Part shown: in pieces, positions 1 to 12,195 of the stretch
Layout of the letters: the number at the start of each line of letters is the position of its first letter
Position numbering within the stretch: the first letter of the stretch is position 1
Origin: Octopus sinensis
Lineage: Eukaryota
NCBI RefSeq assembly: GCF_006345805.1
Contig: NC_042999.1
Location: forward strand, 37,510,001-37,574,000
Reading direction: 5' to 3'
Length of the DNA: 64,000 nt
Notes under the pieces: model-generated
The model's input: the letters and a program-made list of their open reading frames with translations, nothing else
Database searches by the model: none
What the model was told of the DNA's origin: nothing
Made by a program: the position numbers and the translations under genes

Positions 1-108
1 CCTAGGTCATCACTCCAAGGTGCCCTCTTGCTGTTTTTTGAAATATTAGAAAAGAAATATAAATTACAAAAAAAAAAAATTTTGTTGGAAATTTATAAAT
101 TCTTTTAA

Positions 109-326
109 CCCTTTAGCATTTAAACCGGCCATATCCGGCCAAAAGTATTCTGCTTGTTTTATGTTCAAACTGGCCATATCTGGTTTCTCACACCAACCCT
201 ACAATATCGTTTGAAAAATTAACAGCTACCTCATCAAAATCTCATAGCTACAAGGTAATGCATTAGTTCAAAACGATGTGGATGAAAAGGCATTAATTTT
301 GGCAGAATGATGTGAACACTAAAGGG
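109..326. mobile_element. piggyBac-type MITE, family P1
   Basis: TIRs CCCTTTAG...CTAAAGGG; flanks TTAA (105-108) and CTAA (327-330); homologous to the cleaner copy at 52090-52309. Confidence 0.8.
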
Positions 327-624
327 CTAAAGACATGTTCTATTGCTAATGACGCCTAAACACACATACTAAAAATTTAAAAAAAAAACAAACATAAAAG
401 AAAATACATTATTTTAAAAGACAATGAGTAGAAAGGTTTAATTACCCGTTTCATAGAGCTTCATATTGAAGTAGTAATATGTTTCTGTAGCATCTTCAGC
501 CCCAAAATTTGAACCAGTGTCGGATGAACTGCTGTCAGTTTCTTTGAAATACGCACGTCCCCAGAATTGAATCCAAACACCTAAAAATTTATAGAAATAT
601 GAACATACATTAGTATACATAGAC

Positions 625-803
625 CAATGGTTTTCAACCAGGGTTCCGCAAGAAGTTACAAAAATGCTAAAATCGACAGTAATTTTTAATTCTTCTGTGC
701 AGATATGTGTGCATAAGACAATTAAATTATTGCACAGGGGTTCCTTGAGCCAGTGGAACGTTTCCTTGGGGTTCCGCTTCAGCAAAAAGTTTGAAAAGCA
801 CTG
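625..803. mobile_element. hAT (Charlie-like) MITE
   Basis: TIRs CAATGGTTTTCAA / TTGAAAAGCACTG; perfect 8-bp TSD ACATAGAC (617-624, 804-811); two further copies in the window. Confidence 0.9.
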
Positions 804-1189
804 ACATAGACATTATAAAACCAATTTGAGAGAGAAAAGAGAAATAGAGACACAGGCATATTTACAGGCTAACCCAAAAGTCTGGATCATTACAAAAACT
901 TCTTATATTCTAGTTGGGTTGTATTTTATATTTTATCCCTTCCAGATCAACCCAAAGCTTGTGAGTGAAACAGAGTAGATGGAAAATGTGTGGAGGCCCA
1001 ACAAGTAGCAGGCCCATCACCAGCCTTTGATGCCTGATGCTTCCAAATACTCTGGGTGGGCACTAATTTGTATTGTGAGAAGAATTTTGTAAGCTGTATT
1101 TTCTAAATTTGAGGGTGCATCATTGATTAGTGAGGGGGCAGTGTCATCCAGTGCACCCCCTTAAGTCAGTCAGACTTCAAAAAAGTATT

Positions 1190-1254
<65 letters not shown>

Positions 1255-1378
1255 AAAAAGAAAGTCCTTGGTACAGTACCATATATTTGAAAAAAATAAA
1301 TAGAAATGGCATTTCTGATAATTTTTTCACTTTAATAATTAGAAGTTTATAAGTTATTAGGTGTACCTTATTAACATC

Positions 1379-1413
<35 letters not shown>

Positions 1414-1990
1414 GAAATATGTTACAAAAGGAAAATAGGAACTAACGTGGAAATGTAAGGGGGAAGTAGGAAGAAAAATAAGTGAAAATTGCACATTGGA
1501 AATCAAAAAATGTAAAGGTTTTTTATGAAAAGTAATGATAGATATATAAAATTAGATGAACCGAGGTAGGAATAAAAATAATAAAAGTCATTATTGTGAA
1601 TTGTTAAAGAGATTCAAAAGCATACTGGTTTCGTGATATATATATATATATACACATATATGAAGAAAGAACACATGTAAACACTGCACCTGGAACCTCC
1701 CCTACATTGGATCTGAAACTTACAGTGGATTGTGAAATGGCATGCCAGTGAGCATGTGTATATAATTTCATATACAGGTATATTTGTATGGATGCGTGTA
1801 GTGATTTGTTCATGTGCATGTATGTGTAAGTGTTAGGACATGTCTGTATATGCATGGATATCAGCAGGCGCGTCTGTATATGGTACATACATAGATATGC
1901 TAATCTCAACCCTAACTTGATATCCTTATTATTAAAAATACCTTGATTCAAATGAATCCTACAAATAATATACATATATATATATATATA

Positions 1991-2301
1991 TCACCACCAT
2001 GATCACCATGACCAACCAGGCTATCAGATGTTGCAACACATCGCTGGTCACAATGGGCTTCGCATTGTTTTAGCCTTCAAATGACGCCATCCCGCTGGCT
2101 AAGCGAGCAGGCCAATAGAAGAAAGAGTGAGAGGAAGTTGTGGTGAAAGAGTACAGCAGGGACCACCACCACCCCCTGCAGGAGCATCGTGGAGCTTAGG
2201 TGTTTTCGCTCAATAAACACTCAATGCCCAGTCTGGGAATTGAAACCGCGATCCTATGACTGCGAGTCTGCTGCTCTAACCACTGGGCCATTGCGCCTCC
2301 A
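1991..2301 (-). mobile_element. tRNA-derived SINE family B (tail type B1)
   Basis: Minus-strand head TGGAGGCGCAATGGCCCAGTGG (A box) and GGTTTCAATTCC (B box); homologous to 7941-8237. Confidence 0.85.
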
Positions 2302-3054
2302 CATATATGTGTGTATGTGTGTGTGTGTGTAGGTAGGTATATACACACAGAAGCATATGCATAATGCACACAGACACAAACATGCGCGCATCAATATACA
2401 ATGGAATTCCTTTAGTATTCTTTTACCAAATCTACTCACAAGGCTTTCTATAGGAGGAGACACTTGCCCAAGATGCCATAAGTGAAACCACATGGTGTGG
2501 AAAGTAAGCTTCTGAATCACACAGCCATACTATATATATATCCTGATAGGGATCGGATCAATACTGGATGGGTTGAAACAACTGTAGTGATTAACAACCA
2601 TTCTTGTATCTTTCATCTTCCATCTCTCTCTCTAATCAAATACCCAACGAACACTTAAAGTGAACATGCTGCTCTACCGTCATGTATATACCATATATAG
2701 ACACTCCAGTATATACCTACGCACAGACAGACATGTCCTAACACATATACATACGTATGAACAAATCATTTGGTGATTCTCAAAGCAAATAAAGCTAGAA
2801 ATAATAGTACATAAATATTAAGTTAACCCTTTCTGTCCAAACAGTTTTCAACCCAAATATTAGCATGCTATTTTTTATAGCTTCATTCGCTTCAGGATTC
2901 TCCATGCTTAAAAAAAGAATTATTTCATGTTTGCAAAATGTCTCGATTCTTATGTGTGTGTGTGTATGTAGGTCTATAATATGCAGATGTGTATGTATTT
3001 ATACACGCACATACATGTGTGTATACACACAGACACACACATAATATACATGTA

Positions 3055-4188
3055 CGTATATATATATAATATTATATATATATATATATATCTAATATAT
3101 ATATTATATATATATCTATATAACTATCTATATCTATCTATATCTATCTAGTATCTATATTCTATATATCTATATACTATCTATATCTATCTATCTATCT
3201 ATATAACTATCTATCTATCTATCTATCTATATAACTATCTATCTATCTATCTATCTATATAACTATCTATCTATCTATCTATCTATATAACTATCTATCT
3301 ATCTATCTATCTATATAACTATCTATCTATCTATCTCTATATAATATATCTATATATATATATCTAGATAACTATCATATATCTATATATCTATATAACT
3401 ATCTATATCTATCTATCTATATCTATATAACTATCTATATCTATCTATCTATCTATATAACTATCTATATCTATCTATCTATCTATATAACTATCTATAT
3501 CTATCTATCTATCTATATAACTATCTATCTATCTATCTATCTATATAACTATCTATCTATCTATCTATCTATATAACTATCTATCTATCTATCTATCTAT
3601 ATAACTATCTATCTATCTATCTATCTATATAACTATCTATCTATCTATCTCTATATAATATATCTATATATATATATCTAGATAACTATCATATATCTAT
3701 ATATCTATATAACTATCTATATCTATCTATCTATATCTATATAACTATCTATATCTATCTATCTATCTATATAACTATCTATCTATTATCTATCTATCAT
3801 AACTATCTATATCTATCTATCTATCTATATACTATCTATATACATCTATCTATATCTATCTATCTATCTATCTATATAACTATCTATATATTATCTATCT
3901 ATCTATCTATATATCTATCTATCTATATATCTATCTATCTCTATATCTATCTATATATATATCTTCATATAACTATCTATCTATATCTATCTATATCTAT
4001 CTATATCTATAACTATCTATCTATCTATCTATCGATATACTATCTATCTATCTATCTATCTATCGTATATAACTATCTATCTACTAATCTATATAACTAT
4101 CTTCTATCTATCTATCTATCTGTCTATCTATCTATCTATCTATATCTATCTATCTATCTATCTATCTATATAACTATCTATCTATCTA

Positions 4189-4220
<32 letters not shown>
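3055..4220. repeat. Compound (ATCT)n/(AT)n microsatellite with higher-order unit CTATATAA(CTAT)4-5
   Basis: Direct reading of the sequence. Confidence 0.95.
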
Positions 4221-4221
<1 letters not shown>

Positions 4222-4730
4222 GCATTATGTGCGTATATATATGTGCACATGTATGTGTGTGTACATACACGTCTTGTTAAGTCTAAAATAGGGAAAAACT
4301 TCAAGATCCAAAATGTTTTTAAGTAAATCTATTTCTACTGTCTTTATTTTTACTGGCTGTTTTTCTAAGTAATTAGCATTAATTCAAATTTTTTCCTGGC
4401 AGTACTTTTTGATAAGTTTAACTCAACCGTTGAGAGTATTATTTCATATATTTTTACTAGCGAGCTTGCTATGCTGCACTGGGGAAGAAACATTTATAGA
4501 ATTGATTTGCTTCTGGCTGATGTAAAAATTACAAATATAGAGACACCCGGAAAAACTTGCAGTGCATAGATCTATGCATGTTTTGTCAGATGTGACTCAG
4601 ACTATCGACAGAGTGAAATGTTACCTTTCAGTAAGTAAATTAACATCCCAGTGCAGCAGCGTGTGTTGTGTAGATACCATGTTTTGTACAGTTGAAGCAA
4701 TCTAATGCATAAAAATAAATAAATAATATA

Positions 4731-4904
4731 GGCGTAGGAGTGGCTGTGTGGTAAGTAGCTTGATTACGAACCACATGGTTCCGAGTTCAGTCCCACTGCA
4801 TGGCACCATGGGCAAGTGTCTTTTACTATAGCCTCGGGCCAACCAAAGCCTTGTGAGTGGATTTGGTAGACAGAAACTGAAAGAAGCCCGTCGTATATAT
4901 GTAT

Positions 4905-4969
<65 letters not shown>

Positions 4970-5204
4970 AGTATGCAAGTATGTGTGTGTATATGTTTGT
5001 GCGTCTGTGTTTGTCCTCCCAACATCGCTTGACAACCGATGCTGGTGTGTTTGCGTCCCCGCAACTTAGCGGTTCGGCAAAAGAGACCGATAGAATAAGT
5101 ACAAGGCTTACAAAGAATAAGTCCTGGGGTCGATTTGTCTGACTAAAGGCGGTGCTCCAGCATGGCCACAGTCAAATGACTGAAACAAGTAAAAGACTAA
5201 AAGA
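4731..5204 (+). mobile_element. tRNA-derived SINE family A, full length, with internal (TA)n(TG)n tract
   Basis: A box TGGCTGTGTGG, B box GGTTCCGAGTTCAGTCCC, tail GAAACAAGTAAAAGA; about 18 homologous copies or fragments in the window. Confidence 0.9.
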
Positions 5205-5255
5205 ATAATAACTAATATATGAAGGATTATATAATAGAAGTAATGTAACCCAGAA

Positions 5256-5620
5256 TCTCTATATATATAAATGGCAAAATGTCTGTGTGTGTGTCCTTTA
5301 TACAAATCCACAATTTTTCAGTTAGAAGGCTCGCAGTTTCTATGGTCATTCAAAACCGTCCAAGGGTGGTCATGCACATCTTTACATTTCCCCAGTCACC
5401 CCGCAAAGCCATTTAAAAAATCAATAGAAGTGACTTTTTTGTGAATTTTCAATCCAAAACCCAATCAAAATGCCCGAAACTTGATAAGCCAATTGAATGC
5501 CAGCTAGCTGTATGTGATTGGTTGGAGATTTGGACAGTACTCGCGTGTATGTGTGCACACAAGCAGCTGTATATGCATGCACTAGCACTATGACCCGGCC
5601 ACGCCAGGTCATAGTGCTAG
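5256..5620 (+). mobile_element. Non-autonomous Helitron
   Basis: 5' A|TCTCTATATATATAAA, subterminal hairpin, 3' CTAG|T; no TSD. Confidence 0.75.
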
Positions 5621-5671
5621 TAGATAATAATAGAAATAATATATTGTATATTTACTTAATCACTTGTTGAG

Positions 5672-5743
5672 CACAGAGTGGTGTAGTGGAAACATGCTGG
5701 GCTCATAACCCAGAGGTCTGTAGATCGAAACTAGACTCTGTGA
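5672..5743 (+). tRNA. Initiator tRNA-Met(CAT)-like gene (variant or pseudogene)
   Basis: 72-nt cloverleaf: acceptor CACAGAG/CTCTGTG plus A73; D stem GTGT/ACAT; anticodon stem CTGGG/CCCAG with loop CTCATAA; T loop ATCGAAA (initiator hallmark); TTTTT at 5758-5762. Confidence 0.75.
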
Positions 5744-6320
5744 AGAAATAGATGCTATTTTTGATGTTTATACATAGCAACTGGGTTGTCTATAAATATA
5801 TCAACCATATACATGTATGTATACCAACATGTCTAGGTATAAACAATATCGTGCAATAGAAGTTTATGCAGGGTCAAGGGTCACCAACTGACCGGGATAC
5901 ACCAAAACCTTAGTAGTATAGTGGGCAGAGATGACAACAACAGGACTTGCTTAGTATATATTGGTTATTTCTTATAATTCTCGGCAAATATTTTAACATT
6001 TTGTTAGAATTTGGAATATTTTTTTTTCTTCTCTAGGCACAAAGCCTGAAATTTTGGCGGAGGGGGCCAGTCAATTAGATCAACCCTAGTATGCAACTGG
6101 TACTTAATTTATTGACCCTGAAAGGATGGAAGGCAAAGTGAACCCAGAACGTAAAGGGATTTGGAATATTATATTTACTGTTCATAGCTGGTTGCACAGT
6201 CATGTATTTCTCTCTGATATTACCCTTGAGACAATAGTAAGCTCATTGTATATAGGGTCTTTAGAATGCAATATTTTCATGAAATGCCAAGACATTGCCT
6301 ATGTGTTTCAATTAAATAAA

Positions 6321-6560
6321 AGGCGGTGAATTGGCAGAAATATTAGCACACTGGGTGAAATGCTTAGCCATATTTCATCTGCAGTTACGTTCCAAGTTCA
6401 AATTCCGCCAAAGTCAACTTTGCCTTTCATCCTTTCGGGGTTGATTAAATAAGTACCAGTTTGGGGGTCGATATAATCGACTTAATCCCTTTGTCTGTCC
6501 TTGTTTGTTTAGCCCCCTGTAGGCTCTATGTTTAGCCCTCTATGGGCAATAAAGAAATAA
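6321..6560 (+). mobile_element. tRNA-derived SINE family G
   Basis: Head AGGCGGTGAATTGGCAGAA; core GTCAACTTTGCCTTTCATCCTTTCGGGG...AAGTACCAG shared with 27765, 33355, 48165 and the 53830 array. A minus-strand fragment lies at about 6025-6150. Confidence 0.8.
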
Positions 6561-7940
6561 AAAAGAAATATGTGTTTCAATAAAATTTTTTGGGGGAAAA
6601 AAAGATATTATTGATTTGTTGTTTTGGGGCAGTGGATTGAAAGAATCATAAGTGCTCTGAAGTATTTGTAATGGTTTGTTATATTTTGGGTTCAAACCCC
6701 ACTTAAGTCAACTTTACTTTCCATTCTTCCAGTGTTGATACATTATTGTATATCTAGCACTTTATCCAAAGTGTCTTTCCTTTATGAATACTTAATTTTG
6801 GTAAGGGTGCCAGTGTAATTTAAGACAACTTTGGCTGCTATTTCTAGCTAGTTGAGCAATCATGTAGAGCTTTTCTTATTGGCTTAAAAAAGAAAGAGCT
6901 GACAGCAAAAGCTGAGATATGGTAAATTAGTTGGTAGCTGGAATAGAGAGATAACTGAAAATAGTAGCAATGAGAAAGAATAACTAAAATGTAAAGATAT
7001 GTTATATAGAAATAGTAGTAGAAAAATAGATAATGAGTGACAGTAATAACATATTATTGATTTCTTTAGATTTAGGCCTGAAACCATTTAAGTGAAGGGC
7101 TATACCAGATTGAATTACAATTAGATTAGTATTGATACTTTTAGCAACCCTGGAGAAATGAAGAAGGAAAAAAATCAATCCCAAAGGGATTCATTTATTT
7201 CATCATTTTCATCATCACTACCATTGCTATTGTTGCTGTTTTAACATCCAATTTTTCATGCTTGCATGGGTTAGATGGATTTCTTTAAGGCAGATTTATT
7301 TTCTACAGCTGGACGCTCTTACTCTCACCAAACCTCACCAGGTGATATTTCCTTGGCACAGCTGTTTTGGCACTGCCTATTTGGCATTCCTGATTCAATG
7401 CCGACTTATTTGGCAACAGATGCTTTAATGTTTCTCTCATATACACACTCACACACAAGGATACAAGAATGTACATACTTATGCACACACACACATGCCA
7501 TCTTACTAAACACATTTGCTCATTGCACATGTATTCATATGCACACATACACACACACACACACACAACCAATAACACACCCACATTCATGCACTCATAC
7601 ACCTGGTACACACACACACACACATACTCACCAGTCTTGTTTCTGTCAGCTTCCCCAGCTTCCCAGACAGCAAGATACCACCAGGTTCCTGTCCAACCAT
7701 ATGGTCCAGGAAATTCTCCTTTCTAACACATCTGGTGTCATTGAAATGTGACCTGCCTTGACCAATAGCTATCCATTTTCTAGTAGCCATCTTGGACTTC
7801 CTCTGGTCTTCCATTTGATAATCTAAACTTAAATGACCTCGGTGTCTGTTAAAAACTTGTGAAACTTTAAATCACATGGAGTTTTAAATAATAATAATAA
7901 TAATAATAATAAATACATTATATATATATATATATATATA

Positions 7941-8237
7941 TCACGTGATCACGTGACCGACCAGACCATCAGATGTTGTTACACATCGCTGGTCACAATG
8001 CGTTCGCATTGTTTTAGCCTTTGAATGACGCCACCCCGCTGGCTAAGCGAGCAGGCCAACAGAAGGAAGAGAGGGAGAAAGAGTGGTGAAAGAGTACAGC
8101 AGGGATCACCACCCCCTGCTGGAGCCTCATGGAGCTTTTAGGTGTTTACGCTCAATAAACACTCACAACACCCGGTCTGGGAATCGAAACCGCGATCCTA
8201 CGACCGCGAGTCCGCTGCCCTAACCACTGCGCCTCCA
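7941..8237 (-). mobile_element. SINE family B (tail type B1)
   Basis: Homologous to 1991-2301. Confidence 0.85.
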
Positions 8238-8461
8238 CACATATATATATATATATATAAATACACACACACACACACACACTTCAATTTTGTATTTGGT
8301 TTGCAAGATTCTTAATGTGAATTCATGTGTTGAAACAAATTCTGCATTGTGTCTTGAGAGGATCATTATGCCAGTAATAACACATGCACTGGTTCAGTAT
8401 CACTTCTGGTATTGAACTAGTGAGTATGTTATTATTATTGCTGTAATGACCCTTCCAAGAC

Positions 8462-8506
<45 letters not shown>

Positions 8507-8789
8507 CATACATACATATGTGTATAACCCCACACACATGTACACCCGTCCATACACACACACACCAGTACATGAAACACATATCACTCCATAAAATGTA
8601 TGCACTAGGTTACTTATACACAGGCTCATATACTTTTAAGCTCGCCCCCACACACATATTCATGCACCTACCCACATCATTCTCACGTACACACATGTGC
8701 TTGCACACCCTAGTTTGGCAGGGTCACTGTTATCTCTCTTTCACTGAACCTCCTTCTTCCAGCTATTTCATCATATTGAACCATTAATC

Positions 8790-8990
8790 CCTATGCATTT
8801 TTTCTCTCCCCGTTTGTTTTTGTTCTCTCCCCACTTTTTTCTTCTTGTCTTTTTTTTCTACCTCTCAATTCTTTCTGTCGAAGAGCATAGGCTTGAAACA
8901 TCAAAGACTTTTCCATTCTTCACAAGCATTAAACTAATACACCTGCTTGTTGTTCCTACACCTGTCATCATCCTTTATTTTCTGTATATT
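8790..8990 (+). mobile_element. Penelope-like repeat fragment with degenerate hammerhead-like motif
   Basis: CTGTCGA-A-GAGC ATAG GCTT-GAAAC at 8875-8899; related copy on the minus strand at about 18990-19130. Confidence 0.45.
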
Positions 8991-9012
8991 TGAACTATAT
9001 ATATATATATTT

Positions 9013-9398
9013 TTTTACTTGTTTCAGTCATTTGACTGCGGCCATGCTGGAGCATCGCCTTTAGTCGAGCAAATAAACCCTGGGACTTATTCTTTGTAAG
9101 CCCAGTACTTATTCTATCGGTCTCTTTTGCCGACCGCTAAGTGACGGGGACGTAAACACACCAGCATCGGTTGTCAAGCAATGCTAGGGGGACAAACACA
9201 GACACACAAACACACATATATATATATATATATACGACAGGCTTCTTTCAGTTTCTGTCTACCAAATCCACTCACAAGGCATTGGTCGGCCCGGGGCTAT
9301 AGCAGAAGACACTTGCCCAAGATGCCACGCAGTGGGACTGAACCCGGAACCATGTAGTTGGTTAGCAAGCTGCTTACCACACAGCCACTCCTGCGCCT
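9013..9398 (-). mobile_element. SINE family A, full length
   Basis: Reverse-complement homology to 4731-5204. Confidence 0.9.
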
Positions 9399-9661
9399 AT
9401 ATATGAGTTTCACTGAAATTTTCATCAATCAAATGCCATTCACAAGTTATTGGATCACCAAGAGACTTATAATGGCAAACTATCCCATGATACTATACAA
9501 GACCAAATTTACAAAACTCAGAACCGGATGGCTACAAAATGAACTTTTTCACAACAGTCTTCCCTGCACTGAGAAAATAGGAAGACATGCACAATATATA
9601 AAATATACATTAAATTGATACTAGCACCATACTGCAAATCAGACTATACATACACTTGTTA

Positions 9662-10160
9662 CCGTAAATCCTCGAGTATAATCCACATTTTTTCCCCAAA
9701 ATTTAAAGGTCAAAATCCCTAGTGTGTACTATGTACGAGGTTTAAAATGAAAATTATTTTCTAAGCAATGTCCGAGTCTCTATTTGCTGTCCGGCAATGT
9801 TTATTCAGATGCATTTTGTGATGTCAGATGCAAAAATACCTTAAGCTAAGCCTGAAAGCAATGAAGTCATAAAAGAATCATCCTTAACTTGCAGTAAGCA
9901 ACATTTATTAAACGTTATTACTGTTATTTCTTTATTTTCTGCAAACAAAATGCACAAAAAAGCTACACGTTTGCATTATGTTATATATACAATAATAGTA
10001 AAGGATGTTACCGTATACATTTTTACAAAGCAAGGATGTTATATAGACCTCCTTGACTCAAGTTAGAGAAGGGGTGCGTATTATATACAAGGTTTAGGTT
10101 CTTCAGAGGTACAACCCCCTAAAAATACCCAAGAGCAGACTATACTCGAGGATTTTACTG
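9662..10160. mobile_element. Tc1/mariner (Tc2-like) MITE
   Basis: TIR CCGTAAATCCTCGAGTATA after TA; right TIR slightly decayed; close homolog at 51102-51625. Confidence 0.8.
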
Positions 10161-11477
10161 TGTTTAAAAATGTTCTACAGAAGAATGGTAAAATTATTAA
10201 ATAAAAAAAAAAATTTTCACTATAATTAGTGACTCTATAAGCAAAAGTAAGCCATCATTTTCACAAAATTCCAGTGTTATCTTTCTGCTTTTTCCTCTCT
10301 TGGCTTTATAATTTGCAGAGTGACCTAGCTTCTTAAATAGTGCCAAACAGAAGCAAGCAGGCTAACCAGAAATCTGGGACAGGGAAATGTAATTAAAGTG
10401 GTGATGGTGTGGAGCATATTGTGGTGTATTTAGATAGAAGGACAATAAAATGAAACCTTGCTGCAAATAAAAGGGATGAAGGGAAGATAGAGAGAAGATT
10501 TTATCAGTAATCCTTTCCTTATCATTTCATGTGTACTGAAAAATAAAGTAAAAAGAAAAAAGAAGCAAAAAGAGAAAAAAACTTCAAGTTTCTAAAGCAA
10601 CTGGTGTAATAAAGCTTAGCTGGTGGGTATATATATATATATATATGTGAGTGTGTGTATACAATGTATGTATATTTATATGTAAATATCTTATTTTTGT
10701 GTGAATTTATGGATGTCGAATTGAAAAGCTTATTTTATATGATTATAGGGAATAAATATCATTAGGATAGATTAGTGTATAGCTATGTGTCAGCCCCCCA
10801 CCCCTACCGGCCTCCTTTAGTGTTTCAACTACAGAATGGGGCTAATACAACATATGGGATTTAGCTGATGGCACTGAGTTGACCGGCACAACCTCTGTCC
10901 CCCCACACCCCAACCCCACCTTCGCCACATTAAATCCTTTTGTTTGATCACATTTTGAGATCCTAAAGTTAATTCCCAAATCATTAATAATACGAATACT
11001 CTCCACGGCTGGAAACGAAATATGTGTCGGGTGATGGGTGATGAGAAGAGTTTGCCAAGTATACCATTACTAAACAACAGTAATGTGTGTTTGTCAGACC
11101 AGATGCTGAGGTCCTATGATCAAAGGCATTCTAACTGTGACCTTCCAGATTAGAAATTCCTTTTCTCCAGGCAGTGAACTATATGATCTAACATGTCCTT
11201 CATTTCTAAAACATAGGGTGTAATTTCAGGGAGGGATGGTTGCTATTTTTAGCAGGTTAAGCAATCATATCAACTCATAAAATTTATGGTAAGAGAATCA
11301 AGGCATATTCAGCAATAGAATATTTATCACTAAACAGAGATAAAGGTCAGGGAGTATTGATGTTAATTAAATATGTGAGAACCAATTAAGAATTAAGGAG
11401 TGATCAGTAAACAGTTCTTAGAAAGTTCTGTCTATGAAATGTGGCTAAATAAAGTATATAGCAGACATAAACTAGCA

Positions 11478-11968
11478 GTCCGTCAGTTATGACGATGAAG
11501 GTTCTAGTTGATCTCATCAACGGAACAGCCTGCTCATGAAATTAATGTGCAAGTGACTGAACACTCTACAGAAACAATTACCCTTAACCCTTTCATTACC
11601 GTATTTATTTTGAGATGCTGTGTGTTTCTTTCAGTTATTTAAAATATAACAAAGAATTTAGTAAAATAACTTAGTTATCATAAAGCTAGTGTTAGGAAGA
11701 TAAATTGTGACTAAGGTTCGGTGGAAGATTTTAATTCAAAACTTATTTAAACAAGACATTTGTACTACAGAGCCAGAGGCAGTTTCAGCCGGGTTGGTAA
11801 TGAAAGGGTCAACAAGGTTCTCAGGGATATTCGGCATGACACAGAATGTGACAAGGCTGCCCCTTTGGAAATACAGATACAACTTGTTTTTGTTAGCTGA
11901 GTAGACTGGAGTGATGTGAAATAAAGTGTCTTGCTCAAGGACACCACATACCACCTGGAATCAAACTC
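11478..11968 (-). mobile_element. SINE family C (tail C1) interrupted by a piggyBac MITE
   Basis: Segments match the C head (GTGTCTTGCTCAAGGACAC) and the tail of 31489/50407; split at the CCCTTAAC site. Confidence 0.75.
11588..11808. mobile_element. piggyBac-type MITE, family P2
   Basis: Perfect 13-bp TIR CCCTTTCATTACC/GGTAATGAAAGGG; flanks TTAA (11584-11587) and TCAA (11809-11812); empty site visible at 31604-31620. Confidence 0.85.
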
Positions 11969-11974
11969 ACGCCC

Positions 11975-12195
11975 TTACTTTTTACTTTTACTTGTTTCAG
12001 TCATTTGACTGTGGCCATGCTGGAGCACCGCCTATAGTCGAGCAAATCGACCCCAGTACTTATTCTTTGGAAGCCTAGTACTTATTCTATCAGTCTCTTT
12101 TGCCAAACCACTAAGTTACAGGGACGTAAACACACCAGCATTGGTGGTCAAGCGATGTTGGGGGGGACAAACACAGACACACAAACATATACACA
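11975..12195 (-). mobile_element. SINE family A, 3' half
   Basis: Homology to other A copies; truncated at the internal microsatellite by an RTE fragment. Confidence 0.8.

Noticed and set aside
2822-2840. TTAACCCTTT as a piggyBac MITE left end
   Set aside because: No matching right TIR nearby.
4731-4810. SINE heads as tRNA genes
   Set aside because: Only A and B boxes are retained, with no complete cloverleaf, and they continue into SINE bodies.
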